This document shows positions 26,777 to 35,507 of a stretch of 53,677 bases of DNA, one piece after another. The position numbers and the translations under genes were made by a program. The DNA is taken from contig CAYVGY010000003.1 in the NCBI GenBank assembly GCA_964451065.1, forward strand, positions 1 to 53,677, in the 5' to 3' direction. A model generated the notes under the pieces. The model was not told the origin of the DNA. It saw only the letters and a program-made list of their open reading frames with translations, and ran no database searches. Positions within the stretch are counted from its first letter, which is position 1. Each line of letters opens with the position of its first letter. This DNA comes from an uncultured Halobacteriales archaeon (GTDB lineage Archaea; Thermoplasmatota; E2; JACPAO01).

Positions 26777-28102
26777 ATGACGCTCCTCGAGGCCGCCCAC
26801 GCGGCCTCCCAGCGCCTGCTGAGCGCTCCGCGCGACGCCGCCATCCACCTCCTAGCCCGCCAAAGCGCCGACGGCCTGGCCGCTGCGGCCATCCTGGCTC
26901 GCGCGCTGCTGCGCGCCGGCATCGACTTCCACGCGCGATTCATCGCCGACCACGTCGGGCCCGTCGAGCCGGAACTCGACGACGAAGCAACTTGCCGCCT
27001 CTTGTTGGGCCTCGCACCCGACCTCACGGAACGCGTGGCCGGCCTCCCCGGGACCACCATCGTCGTCAGCCATGCCGCGGTTCCGGACCCTGCGAGAGAG
27101 GACTGCCTCGCGCTCAACCCCGCGTCGTACGGCGACGCACGCGGCGCCTCCACGAGTTCCACCGCCTTCGCCCTGGCGGTCTCCCTCAACGAGTCCAACT
27201 GGGACCTGGCCCCCTTGGCCCTCGCCGGCGCGCAGGCCGAAGGACAACTACGCCCCACGCCCCAGGGTTGGAACCAAACCATCCACGAACAGGGAAAACG
27301 ACGGGGCGCAATCCTCGACCCCGTTGGTCTCGCGCTGGACGACGAGCCCCTCTTGGACGCGCTGGCCTACCCCCCGGCCTGGATGACGGGCCTCTGGTCC
27401 CCTGGCTACGCGGGCGCCCGAGCGTTCCTGAACGAACATGGCTTGCCGGAGGAAGCCACGATGGACGAACTCTCCGGGGCCGACCGGCAGCGGCTCGCCG
27501 GCTCCCTCGCGTTGGCTCACCTGCGCTTGGGCCGACCCGCGGCGGAAGCGTCGCGACTCTTCGCGCCATGCCTGCGCGCGGCGCCTCCCGGCCTGGCGTT
27601 GGGCCGGATCGCGGCGCTCCTGGAGGCGGCCGCGGCCGAAGGCGAACCGGGCATCTCGCTCGCGTGGCTCCTGGGCGACGACACGGCCCGCGCCGACCTC
27701 GAGGGCCTATGCGCCCGTTACCGGAAGCGATTTCGCGGTGAAATCGAAAAAATCGAAGCAGCGCAGCCCTTGGACGGGCCGCTCGCGCGGCTCGTCAGGA
27801 CCGACGACGCCCGGATCGTGGACTCCATGGCGCAATTTCTTTGCAACCGCGTTCCCGCCGGTGGTCGCCCCACGTTGGTGTATGCCGTGGCGGATGGCCG
27901 GGTGCGCGCCGCACTTCGAGGGCCATCGGCCCCCGGCGATCACAGCGAGCCCGAGCAGGTCCTGCGCATCTTCGGGGACAGCGACGCGTTCACCATCGCA
28001 CGCGGCCCCGGGGTGTCGATCGTTGGCCCGGCGGACCGCTTTCATGAGCTCGTGGACCGATTGGTTCGCCCATTGCCGGCCCCACCGGAGACCGCAAGAT
28101 GA
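26777..28102 (+). CDS. RecJ/Cdc45-like DHH-family protein with degenerate catalytic motifs
   Basis: It has the DHH-fold N-terminal layout (ARQSADGLAAAAILARAL; TIVVSHAAVPD where DHH is expected) and the S15-adjacent position typical of archaeal RecJ-like genes. Confidence 0.6.
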   Translation: MTLLEAAHAASQRLLSAPRDAAIHLLARQSADGLAAAAILARALLRAGIDFHARFIADHVGPVEPELDDEATCRLLLGLAPDLTERVAGLPGTTIVVSHAAVPDPAREDCLALNPASYGDARGASTSSTAFALAVSLNESNWDLAPLALAGAQAEGQLRPTPQGWNQTIHEQGKRRGAILDPVGLALDDEPLLDALAYPPAWMTGLWSPGYAGARAFLNEHGLPEEATMDELSGADRQRLAGSLALAHLRLGRPAAEASRLFAPCLRAAPPGLALGRIAALLEAAAAEGEPGISLAWLLGDDTARADLEGLCARYRKRFRGEIEKIEAAQPLDGPLARLVRTDDARIVDSMAQFLCNRVPAGGRPTLVYAVADGRVRAALRGPSAPGDHSEPEQVLRIFGDSDAFTIARGPGVSIVGPADRFHELVDRLVRPLPAPPETAR

Positions 28103-28347
28103 ACCAATGCCGGGCCACGGTTCGCTTGTCTGCAACCGAGAAGGCACGGGTCGAGCGGATTGAAGGGGCCCTGCGGCCCGACGACGACGCCTTCGTGACT
28201 ACGCGCGTCGACGCGGAGGCCGTCGTCGTGGAAATCTCCGCGTCCAACGTCCGTTCCTTGCTTCGAGCCATCGACGACGTCCTCGCCAACGCGTCCGTTT
28301 CCGAAGACCTCTTAAGAGCGCTCCCGTTGGACGACGACAGTGCTTGA
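28099..28347 (+). CDS. pcc1: KEOPS subunit Pcc1-like
   Basis: The 82-aa protein shows the pattern ATVRLSATEKARVERIEGALRPD...VVVEISASNVRSLLRAIDDVL, which matches the Pcc1/CTAG layout. ATGA overlap with the recJ-like gene. Confidence 0.55.
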   Translation: MNQCRATVRLSATEKARVERIEGALRPDDDAFVTTRVDAEAVVVEISASNVRSLLRAIDDVLANASVSEDLLRALPLDDDSA

Positions 28348-29629
28348 CGTCCAGCTCTTCCGGGACACGCCCGACGTGGTCCGGCGGAGTCTCGAACGCC
28401 GCGGCATGCCCACCGATGCGGTGGACGAAATCGTCCGCCTCGACCAAGATTGGCGGGACGGACTTCAACAACTCAACCGGCTCCGACAGCGTCGAAACGA
28501 GGCCGCCCTCGAGGTGGGCCAGGCCAAGAAGAGGGGCGATCCTACGCAGGCCCAAGCCGTCCTTCAGACGATGAAGGGCGTGGCCGCCGAGATGGAACGC
28601 CTCGAGGCCCGCGTCAAGGAATTGGAGGTTACACGGCGGGAGCGACTCCTGCGCATGCCCAACCTCCTCCACGAGGGCGTGCCCGTCGGCGCGGACGATT
28701 CACAGAACGTCCCCCTCCGCGCCGTCGGCGGCACGCCCAAGCATCCCTTCAATGCGAAGAGCCACGTCGACCTCCTGTCTTCGCTTCGCTTGGCCGACAT
28801 CGACCGCGCAGGAAAGGTCGCCGGTGCCCGCTTTTTCTACCTCACGGGCCAAGGCGTCAAGCTCAGCTTCGCGATCCAGCAACTCGCCATCGATGAATTG
28901 GCCAAACGCGGCTACACGCCCATCGATCCCCCCTACCTTCTCCGCCGCGACGCGGTCGCCGGTGCGACCGATCTCCACGACTTCGAGGACGTCATCTACC
29001 ACGTCGAAGGCGAAGACCTCTACCTCATCGCGACGAGCGAGCATGCGCTGGGGGCGCTCCACATGGGAGAAATCCTCGACGAGAAACAGCTCCCCCTCAA
29101 GTACGCCGGCGTGTCCCCCTGCTTCCGCAAAGAGGCCGGCGCGCACGGCAAGGACACGAAAGGCATCTTCCGCGTCCACCAGTTCCACAAGGTCGAGCAG
29201 TTCATCTTCGCCCGACCCGAGGACTCCTGGAACCTCCATGAAGAGTTGGTCGCCAACGCCGAACACCTCGTGCGCCTCCTCGAGCTTCCCTACCGCGTCG
29301 TGAACATCTGCACCGGCGACCTCGGCACCGTCGCCGCCAAGAAGTACGACGTGGAGGCCTGGATGCCCGTGCAGGGCGCGTATCGGGAACTCGTCAGTTG
29401 CAGCAACTGCACCGACTACCAGGCTCGCCGGTGGGACATCCGGTGCCGACCCAGCACCGACGCCCCGACACGCTTCGTGCACACGCTCAACTCGACCGCG
29501 CTCGCCGTCGAGCGGACCGTCGTGGCCCTGCTGGAGAACCATCAGCGCGCCGACGGGTCGGTCGGCATTCCGAGACCGCTGCGGCCGTACCTGGGGGGAC
29601 TCGAGGCGCTTGCGCCACCCGCGAAGTGA
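28340..29629 (+). CDS. serS: seryl-tRNA synthetase
   Basis: It has an N-terminal coiled-coil arm and class II motifs (FYLTGQGV, LIATSEH, CFRKEAGAHGKDTKGIFRVHQFHKVEQF, NSTALAVERT). Confidence 0.95.
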   Translation: MLDVQLFRDTPDVVRRSLERRGMPTDAVDEIVRLDQDWRDGLQQLNRLRQRRNEAALEVGQAKKRGDPTQAQAVLQTMKGVAAEMERLEARVKELEVTRRERLLRMPNLLHEGVPVGADDSQNVPLRAVGGTPKHPFNAKSHVDLLSSLRLADIDRAGKVAGARFFYLTGQGVKLSFAIQQLAIDELAKRGYTPIDPPYLLRRDAVAGATDLHDFEDVIYHVEGEDLYLIATSEHALGALHMGEILDEKQLPLKYAGVSPCFRKEAGAHGKDTKGIFRVHQFHKVEQFIFARPEDSWNLHEELVANAEHLVRLLELPYRVVNICTGDLGTVAAKKYDVEAWMPVQGAYRELVSCSNCTDYQARRWDIRCRPSTDAPTRFVHTLNSTALAVERTVVALLENHQRADGSVGIPRPLRPYLGGLEALAPPAK

Positions 29630-30584
29630 CCCCCGACGCATCGTCACCCTTTTCCCCGCCGCTACCGAACTCGCCTTCGTGCTGGGCGTCTGGGACCGCG
29701 TCGTCGGTGTGAGCCACGAATGCGACTTTCCCCCCGACGTCGCGGGGAAGCCCCGCGTCACCCGCGCCCGGCTCAACCCCCGCCTGCCCACATCCGAGTT
29801 CGACGCCAAGTGGCGCGCCATGGCCCGCAACGGCGAAAGCTTGTACGAGGTCGACGTGCCCCTCCTCCAACAGCTCCAACCTGACCTCGTGGTCGCCCAA
29901 GGCTCCTGCGAGGCCTGCGCCGTGAGCCCCAGCGACCTCCAACGGATCGTGGGCGAACTCAAGACGCACCCGGACGTCATCCAGTACGGCGCCCGCACGT
30001 ACGAAGAGCACCTGGCCGAAATCCGGCGCATCGGAGGGCTCCTCCACCGACCGCTGGAAACCAAGCGCGAAGTCGTCAAGCAGTGGAGCCTGGCCAAGGA
30101 AATCCGCGCCCAGACCCAGGCGCTGCCGCGTCCGCGCGTGGCCGTGCTCGACTGGATTGATCCGCCGACGTTCGGCGGCCGATGGACCCAAGAACTCGCC
30201 GAGATGGCCAACGCCGAGTACAGCCTGGTTCCCAAGGGCCAGCCGTCCCGCGTCGGTTCGTGGGAGGAAATCGAAGAGTACGAGCCGGACGTCATCCTGG
30301 CGGCCCCGCGAGGTCGCCCGCTGGAAGCGGCCGGGGACGAACTGGCGACCGCCGTCCGCGCGCATGAGCTCTGGGACCTGGCGCCCGTCGAACAAGGTCG
30401 GCTCTTCGTCTGCGACGGGACCCGGTACTTCAACCGGCCAGGGCCCCGCCTCGTCTACTCGGCCGCTCTCCTGGCCCGCGCGGTCCATTACCAGCGGTTA
30501 CCGGAACTCCCGCCGGCCCTCGAACAAGGCCTGGCGCGCCTCGAGGTCCCCAAGTCGCCCGCCCCGCCGCCGCGGGAGGCCTAG
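29610..30584 (+). CDS. BtuF/TroA-like periplasmic-binding-protein fold protein without a signal peptide
   Basis: RIVTLFPAATELAFVLGVWDRVVGVSHECDFP and LQPDLVVA match the PBP type 2 (PF01497-like) pattern. An in-frame stop upstream of TTG 29610 excludes a leader peptide. Confidence 0.6.
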   Translation: MRHPRSDPRRIVTLFPAATELAFVLGVWDRVVGVSHECDFPPDVAGKPRVTRARLNPRLPTSEFDAKWRAMARNGESLYEVDVPLLQQLQPDLVVAQGSCEACAVSPSDLQRIVGELKTHPDVIQYGARTYEEHLAEIRRIGGLLHRPLETKREVVKQWSLAKEIRAQTQALPRPRVAVLDWIDPPTFGGRWTQELAEMANAEYSLVPKGQPSRVGSWEEIEEYEPDVILAAPRGRPLEAAGDELATAVRAHELWDLAPVEQGRLFVCDGTRYFNRPGPRLVYSAALLARAVHYQRLPELPPALEQGLARLEVPKSPAPPPREA

Positions 30585-30585
30585 C

Positions 30586-31074
30586 GTGGACCAGCGGGCC
30601 CCCCCTGTCGGGCCCGGCGACGAAGCACCCGACTTCGAGCTTCGCGACCAGAGCGACCGTCTGGTGCGACTCTCGGACTTCCGCGGCCGCAAAGCCGTTG
30701 TCCTCTACTTCTACCCCCACGACTTCACTCCTGTCTGCACGCGCGAAGCGTGCGGGTTCCGTGACGACGCCGAACGGTTCCATGAGGCCGGCGCCGAAAT
30801 CCTCGGCGTGAGCCCCGACACCGTGGAGTCCCACACCCGCTTCGCCGCGAAGCACCGCCTCCCGTTCCGTCTCCTGGCCGACCCTCAGAGGAGCGCTTTT
30901 CATGCGTATGGCGTCGGAGAATTGCTCGGAATCCTGCCCCGGCGCGTCACGTTCGTCATCGACCGAGGTGGCATCATTCGATTCCGACGCCGGGCACAGT
31001 TCCGCGGCGTCCCGCACGTGGCCGAATCCCTGCAGGCCCTCCAACGGTTGGAGGCCCCAGCCGAAGACTCATAA
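30586..31074 (+). CDS. bcp: peroxiredoxin Bcp (AhpC/TSA family)
   Basis: GTG 30586. APDFELRDQSDRLVRLSDFRGRKAVVLYFYPHDFTPVCTRE carries the PxxxTxxC motif. Confidence 0.85.
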   Translation: MDQRAPPVGPGDEAPDFELRDQSDRLVRLSDFRGRKAVVLYFYPHDFTPVCTREACGFRDDAERFHEAGAEILGVSPDTVESHTRFAAKHRLPFRLLADPQRSAFHAYGVGELLGILPRRVTFVIDRGGIIRFRRRAQFRGVPHVAESLQALQRLEAPAEDS

Positions 31075-31085
31075 CCCGGGCCCGC

Positions 31086-32903
31086 GTGGAGACGCGCGTG
31101 CCGTCCGACGCGCTCCGGGGCCGGGCCCGCACCCTGCCGACTCAACCCGGCTGCTACCTCTGGAAGGGCGCCCGGGGCCAGGTCCTCTACGTGGGGAAGG
31201 CTCAGGACCTGCGCGCCCGCACGCTCCAATACTTCGGCCACCAGGAGGACGGACGCAAGACGGACCTCATGGCGCACGCCCAGGACCTCGAGTTCGTCGC
31301 CACCGCCAACACCAAAGAGGCCCTCGTCCTCGAACAGACCCTCATCAAGCGCTACCGCCCGCCCTATAACGTCCTCCTCACCGACGACAAGAAGTATCCT
31401 TACATCGCCATCACCCGAGAACCCTGGCCACGCGTCGTCTACACGCGGGACGTCGAACTCGACGGGACGCTCTTTGGTCCGTTTCCGGACGCGGGAAGGG
31501 CCAAGCGCGTCGCCCGCCTGTTGAACCAGACGTTCCGCCTGCGCCAATGCCGAACCCTCCCGACGCGGGAATGTCTCTACTTTCACCTCCACCAGTGCTC
31601 GGCGCCCTGCATCGGCGCCGCGACGTCCGACGGTTACGCCGAACAGGCCCGCGCGGCGCAAGCCTTCCTCAAGGGCCGTGGAGCGGACCTCGCCGGCCGC
31701 CTCCAAGCCGAGATGCACCAGGCCGCGGACGAGCAGCGGTACGAACGGGCGGCGGAGCTCCGGGACCTGGCCCAAGCCGTCGAGAGTGTCCTCGAGCGAC
31801 AACGCGTCGATGCTCCCAAGGGTGACGACTACGATGCCGTAGCCGTCGCCCGCCGCGAGACGCGATGTTGCGCCCTCGTCCTGTGGGTCCGCGGCGGCGC
31901 GGTCGTGGGTCGAGAAAACTACTTCCTCAACGCGCCCCGGGAAACCCCCAGCCCGATGGTCCTGCAATCCTTCCTCGAGCAGTTCTACCTGCAAGCGCCC
32001 CAGATCCCCCGGGAAATCCTCCTCCCGTTCGCGCTCCCGGGCGCCAACGACCTCAAAGCGGCGTTGGAAGGCCTCCACGCGCAAGAGGTTCGGTTCTTGG
32101 TTCCCGAGCGGGGGCGGCGCCGGAGCTTCGTCGAGATGGCGGAAACGAACGCTGCCCTCCTGCTGGAGCAGGAGTTCCTCCTGCGCGAGCGGAGAGGACC
32201 CGAGGCCCTCGAGGCCCTACGGGACGCGTTGGCCTTGCCCGAAGTCCCCGAACGCATCGAATGCTTCGACGTAAGCCATCACGCAGGCCAACACACGGTC
32301 GCTTCGCTCGTCGCCCTCGTGAACGGAAAACCCGCAAGATCGCAATACCGCCGGTTCCGGATCCGCACCACGTCCGGCGGCGACGACCCCGGCGCGATGC
32401 GCGAAGTGGTGGCGCGCCGCTACGCCCGCCTGCTACGCGAGCAAGGCGCGGACGCGTTGCCGGACCTCGTGGTCGTGGACGGCGGCCCGACCCAGGTCGC
32501 GGCGGCGCTCGAATCCCTCCACTCCTTGGGCCTGGAAACCCTTCCCCTGATCGGCCTCGCCAAGCGCGAGGAAGAAATATGGCGACCCCACAACCTGCAC
32601 GCCCTCCGGCTCGATCCGGCGTCCCCGGCGCTCCACCTCCTTCAACGAGCCCGCGACGAGGCCCACCGTTTCGCCATCGGCTACCAAGGCGCACTCAAGC
32701 GGGCCGACTTCATCGAGTCCTTCCTCGACGGCATCCCAGGCGTGGGACCTGAACGGCGGCGCCGTTTGCTCACCACGTTCGGGAGCATCCAAGGGCTTGA
32801 GGGCGCCAGCCCCGACCAGATCGCCCAGGTCCCCGGCGTTCCACGACCCCTCGCGCAGCGCATCCACGAGGCGGTGCGGCGCCGCAAAACTTCATCACCC
32901 TGA
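31086..32903 (+). CDS. uvrC: excinuclease ABC subunit C
   Basis: It has the GIY-YIG N-terminus (GCYLWKGARGQVLYVGKAQDLRAR), a UVR domain (ERAAELRD), the Endo V-like domain and a C-terminal (HhH)2. Confidence 0.95.
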   Translation: METRVPSDALRGRARTLPTQPGCYLWKGARGQVLYVGKAQDLRARTLQYFGHQEDGRKTDLMAHAQDLEFVATANTKEALVLEQTLIKRYRPPYNVLLTDDKKYPYIAITREPWPRVVYTRDVELDGTLFGPFPDAGRAKRVARLLNQTFRLRQCRTLPTRECLYFHLHQCSAPCIGAATSDGYAEQARAAQAFLKGRGADLAGRLQAEMHQAADEQRYERAAELRDLAQAVESVLERQRVDAPKGDDYDAVAVARRETRCCALVLWVRGGAVVGRENYFLNAPRETPSPMVLQSFLEQFYLQAPQIPREILLPFALPGANDLKAALEGLHAQEVRFLVPERGRRRSFVEMAETNAALLLEQEFLLRERRGPEALEALRDALALPEVPERIECFDVSHHAGQHTVASLVALVNGKPARSQYRRFRIRTTSGGDDPGAMREVVARRYARLLREQGADALPDLVVVDGGPTQVAAALESLHSLGLETLPLIGLAKREEEIWRPHNLHALRLDPASPALHLLQRARDEAHRFAIGYQGALKRADFIESFLDGIPGVGPERRRRLLTTFGSIQGLEGASPDQIAQVPGVPRPLAQRIHEAVRRRKTSSP

Positions 32904-32919
32904 CGAGCTTGGACGACCC

Positions 32920-33756
32920 GTGCAGCGCTCCGCCGCGTTTGCCATCATGGCGGGCCTCCTGCTCGTCCCGGCGACCGCCACGGCCCACTCGTCCGGCGGT
33001 CCCGCCCTGAACCACGTCCAGGTGAAGCCCCTCCAGCTCGAGGCGAACGCCAGCCAGACCGTGTGGATCGAAACCGGCGAAGGCCCTTGGCAGGCCGGGA
33101 TGATCCTCGTCCTCTTCGTGTCCTTCTACAACGAGAGCCGTGACGTCGCCGTGGAGCTCCTGTTCAACCACAGCACCGTGGTCCAGTCTTGGCGCTTCGT
33201 CACGGACGCGATCCACAAGGCCTCCGTCCGCCTCCCCTTCGACGAGGGACCCTACGAGCTGCGTTTCACCAACCGGGCCGTCGGGCAGACGCAGCTGTTC
33301 TTCTACTTTGACCAGACGTGCAACTGCGTCGCCAAGCCGGTCCCCCTCGACGAGGGGTGGGTCGTCTTCCACTATGACCTCAGGGCGGGACGCACGTACG
33401 AAATCGCGACGCCGGTCCCCGCGCAGTGGAAGCTCCGCGCGGTGCTCGCCCTGGGCGGGCGCGAGACCGGCGCGTGGCCGGCGGATTTCGAGATCCTCCA
33501 AGAGGCGACGCTGCAAGGGGCACCGTATTGGATCAACTTCACGGTCACACCGGCCGAGGATGAGCGGCATTTCGTGTTCTACGAGGCGCTGGAGGGCTCG
33601 CCGGCCTTTCCCGACCCCGGCAAGTATGTCGACGTGACGCCCCGCCTCCAAGACCTCACGGACGACGCGGGCGGCGAATCACCGGGATTCGGGCTGTGGG
33701 TGGCCCTCGCGGGCCTTGGGCTGGGCGCGGCGCAGACCCGCGGAAGGCGCCGCTAG
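32920..33756 (+). CDS. secreted protein with a PGF-CTERM sorting signal
   Basis: GTG 32920 gives VQRSAAFAIMAGLLLVPATATA (signal). The C-terminus is ESPGFGLWVALAGLGLGAAQTRGRRR (PGF + hydrophobic + basic). Confidence 0.65.
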   Translation: MQRSAAFAIMAGLLLVPATATAHSSGGPALNHVQVKPLQLEANASQTVWIETGEGPWQAGMILVLFVSFYNESRDVAVELLFNHSTVVQSWRFVTDAIHKASVRLPFDEGPYELRFTNRAVGQTQLFFYFDQTCNCVAKPVPLDEGWVVFHYDLRAGRTYEIATPVPAQWKLRAVLALGGRETGAWPADFEILQEATLQGAPYWINFTVTPAEDERHFVFYEALEGSPAFPDPGKYVDVTPRLQDLTDDAGGESPGFGLWVALAGLGLGAAQTRGRRR

Positions 33757-35405
33757 AGCGCGACCTCGAACCCGAAAATGGGCGCCCCGAGCTCGAAGGC
33801 CTGGATCGTTTCGGGGTGGAGTTCGCCGAAGAAGCCGACTGCGGTGCCCTCGTGGACGAGCCGGGCGCATCGTCCGGGGATGAATCCAGGCGCGAAACCG
33901 GCCTCAAGGGTGGCCGGTCGCTGTGCGTCCCGCAAGAACGTTTCGACGATTCCTTTGCATTCGGCGAACGTCGCGCGGGGCGCCATCCGGAGGGCGGCCA
34001 CGCGGAGCTCGTTGGCGCCGTCGTCGCGGTGCCCCGGCACGACGAGCCCCACCTCGAAGACGGACTGGGGAAGTTCACGGTGCTTGTTCGACCGCAGCAG
34101 GCCCAGTAGGCTCGTGTACAGGTGGGGGCGCAGGACGGATTGCTCCATCGTGACGGGGTTGGCCACCTCGACCAGCGCCCGGTCGGGGGCGCCGGTCCGG
34201 AACAAGGCGTCTTGCTTGTTCGTGATCGTCAGCGTCACGTCCTCCGTGACGCCCAAGCCGACGAGAAGTGTCCGCACGCGTCGAGCCTTGCGGGCCCGTT
34301 CGTGGATGCCGCCGAACTGGGCGACCGCGGGGAGCCGAGCCTCGAACTTCTCGAATCCGTACCCGATGCCGACGTCCTCCACCAGGTCGTCCATGTGCAA
34401 GAGGTCCATCCGCCAGGCGGGGCTGCTGACTGTGCCGCCCGAGGCCGACGTGGGCTCGAAGTGGTGGCCCAGTCGGCCAAGGTAGGTCAACGCCTCCCGG
34501 GGTCCCACCTCGAGGCCGAGGAGTTGCCGGATCCTCGCATAGCTGAGTTTGCTTTGCTGAGGGGAAAGGTCGGGCGAGACGCGACTCGGTTTGGCCGCCT
34601 TGCCTTCCAGGAGCTGGACGCTCTTGATCCGGCCGCCTCGCTCGGCCAGGCTGGTGACGACGATGCTGAGGATGCCGAGCGTCGAGCGCTCGTCGGTGCC
34701 GGTCACGTCCACGATGACGTCCTGCGTCTGGGTGGTGAGCGCCGTCAACTGGCCATTGATGACGGGCGGCAGCGAGAGCACTTGGTCCTCGCGGTCGACA
34801 ATCAAGGGGACGCGGCTGTGGCCCGCGAGCAAGGGGCCGTAGATGCGACCCTTGTCATGCTGCTCGAAGATTTGTCGAGGCGTCAGCGGTCGGTCCATCT
34901 GGAGGGGCACGAACGCGTGTTCGTCGAGTCCGACGGTGGTGTACCGGAACGGGCCCTTGACGCGGGCGGCGTCGTGGATGCCGATGGCGACCTTTTTCCG
35001 CTTGCGGCCGGGCCCGGTCGTCAGACGCTCCTGGACATCGATGAGTTCTGCAAGGAGGGCGTCCGTCAAGTCGAGCCGTTCCACCCGGGCGAAACCAATC
35101 ACGGGCCGGACCCGGGTGACGGAGGGGTCTACCGTCACGGTGTCGCCGCTTGCGTCCATGGCGTAGCGTTTGAGGCCGGGCTCGACGTCGAAGAAGGCGC
35201 GGCAGGCGCGCGCGAGGCCCTCGACCGTGAGGAGGTCGGGGCGGTTGGGGAAGAACTCGAAGAGGAGTTGGCCTTCCTTCTCGCCGTCGTACGCGCCGCC
35301 CATCATGGGCACGCGGGCGATGAGTTCGTCCCGGGGAATCGACCGGCCGATGAGGTGGACTAGGTCGTCGTAGCCGACGCCGAGGACGGGCACTTGGCCG
35401 GGCAT
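33753..35405 (-). CDS. pheT: phenylalanyl-tRNA synthetase beta subunit (archaeal)
   Basis: ATG 35405 gives MPGQVPVLGVGYDDLVHLIG, the typical archaeal PheT N-terminus. B3/4 and B5-like blocks follow, and the protein is 550 aa. Confidence 0.9.
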   Translation of the reverse strand: MPGQVPVLGVGYDDLVHLIGRSIPRDELIARVPMMGGAYDGEKEGQLLFEFFPNRPDLLTVEGLARACRAFFDVEPGLKRYAMDASGDTVTVDPSVTRVRPVIGFARVERLDLTDALLAELIDVQERLTTGPGRKRKKVAIGIHDAARVKGPFRYTTVGLDEHAFVPLQMDRPLTPRQIFEQHDKGRIYGPLLAGHSRVPLIVDREDQVLSLPPVINGQLTALTTQTQDVIVDVTGTDERSTLGILSIVVTSLAERGGRIKSVQLLEGKAAKPSRVSPDLSPQQSKLSYARIRQLLGLEVGPREALTYLGRLGHHFEPTSASGGTVSSPAWRMDLLHMDDLVEDVGIGYGFEKFEARLPAVAQFGGIHERARKARRVRTLLVGLGVTEDVTLTITNKQDALFRTGAPDRALVEVANPVTMEQSVLRPHLYTSLLGLLRSNKHRELPQSVFEVGLVVPGHRDDGANELRVAALRMAPRATFAECKGIVETFLRDAQRPATLEAGFAPGFIPGRCARLVHEGTAVGFFGELHPETIQAFELGAPIFGFEVAL

Positions 35406-35416
35406 TAAGCCCCCAC

Positions 35417-35432
35417 TATAAGAAATTAAATA
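35417..35432. promoter_or_regulatory. AT-rich divergent promoter region (TATAAGAAATTAAATA) between pheT and 35508..36134
   Basis: This is the only A/T run in the 102-nt divergent spacer. On the minus strand TATTTAAT lies about 20 nt from the pheT ATG. Confidence 0.4.
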
Positions 35433-35507
35433 GGGGGGGGCACGATTTCGAGACAGTACCGTGACAGGCTTCGGCTCTGCACGCTTTTTCCTGGTTCGGG
35501 CTCCTTT

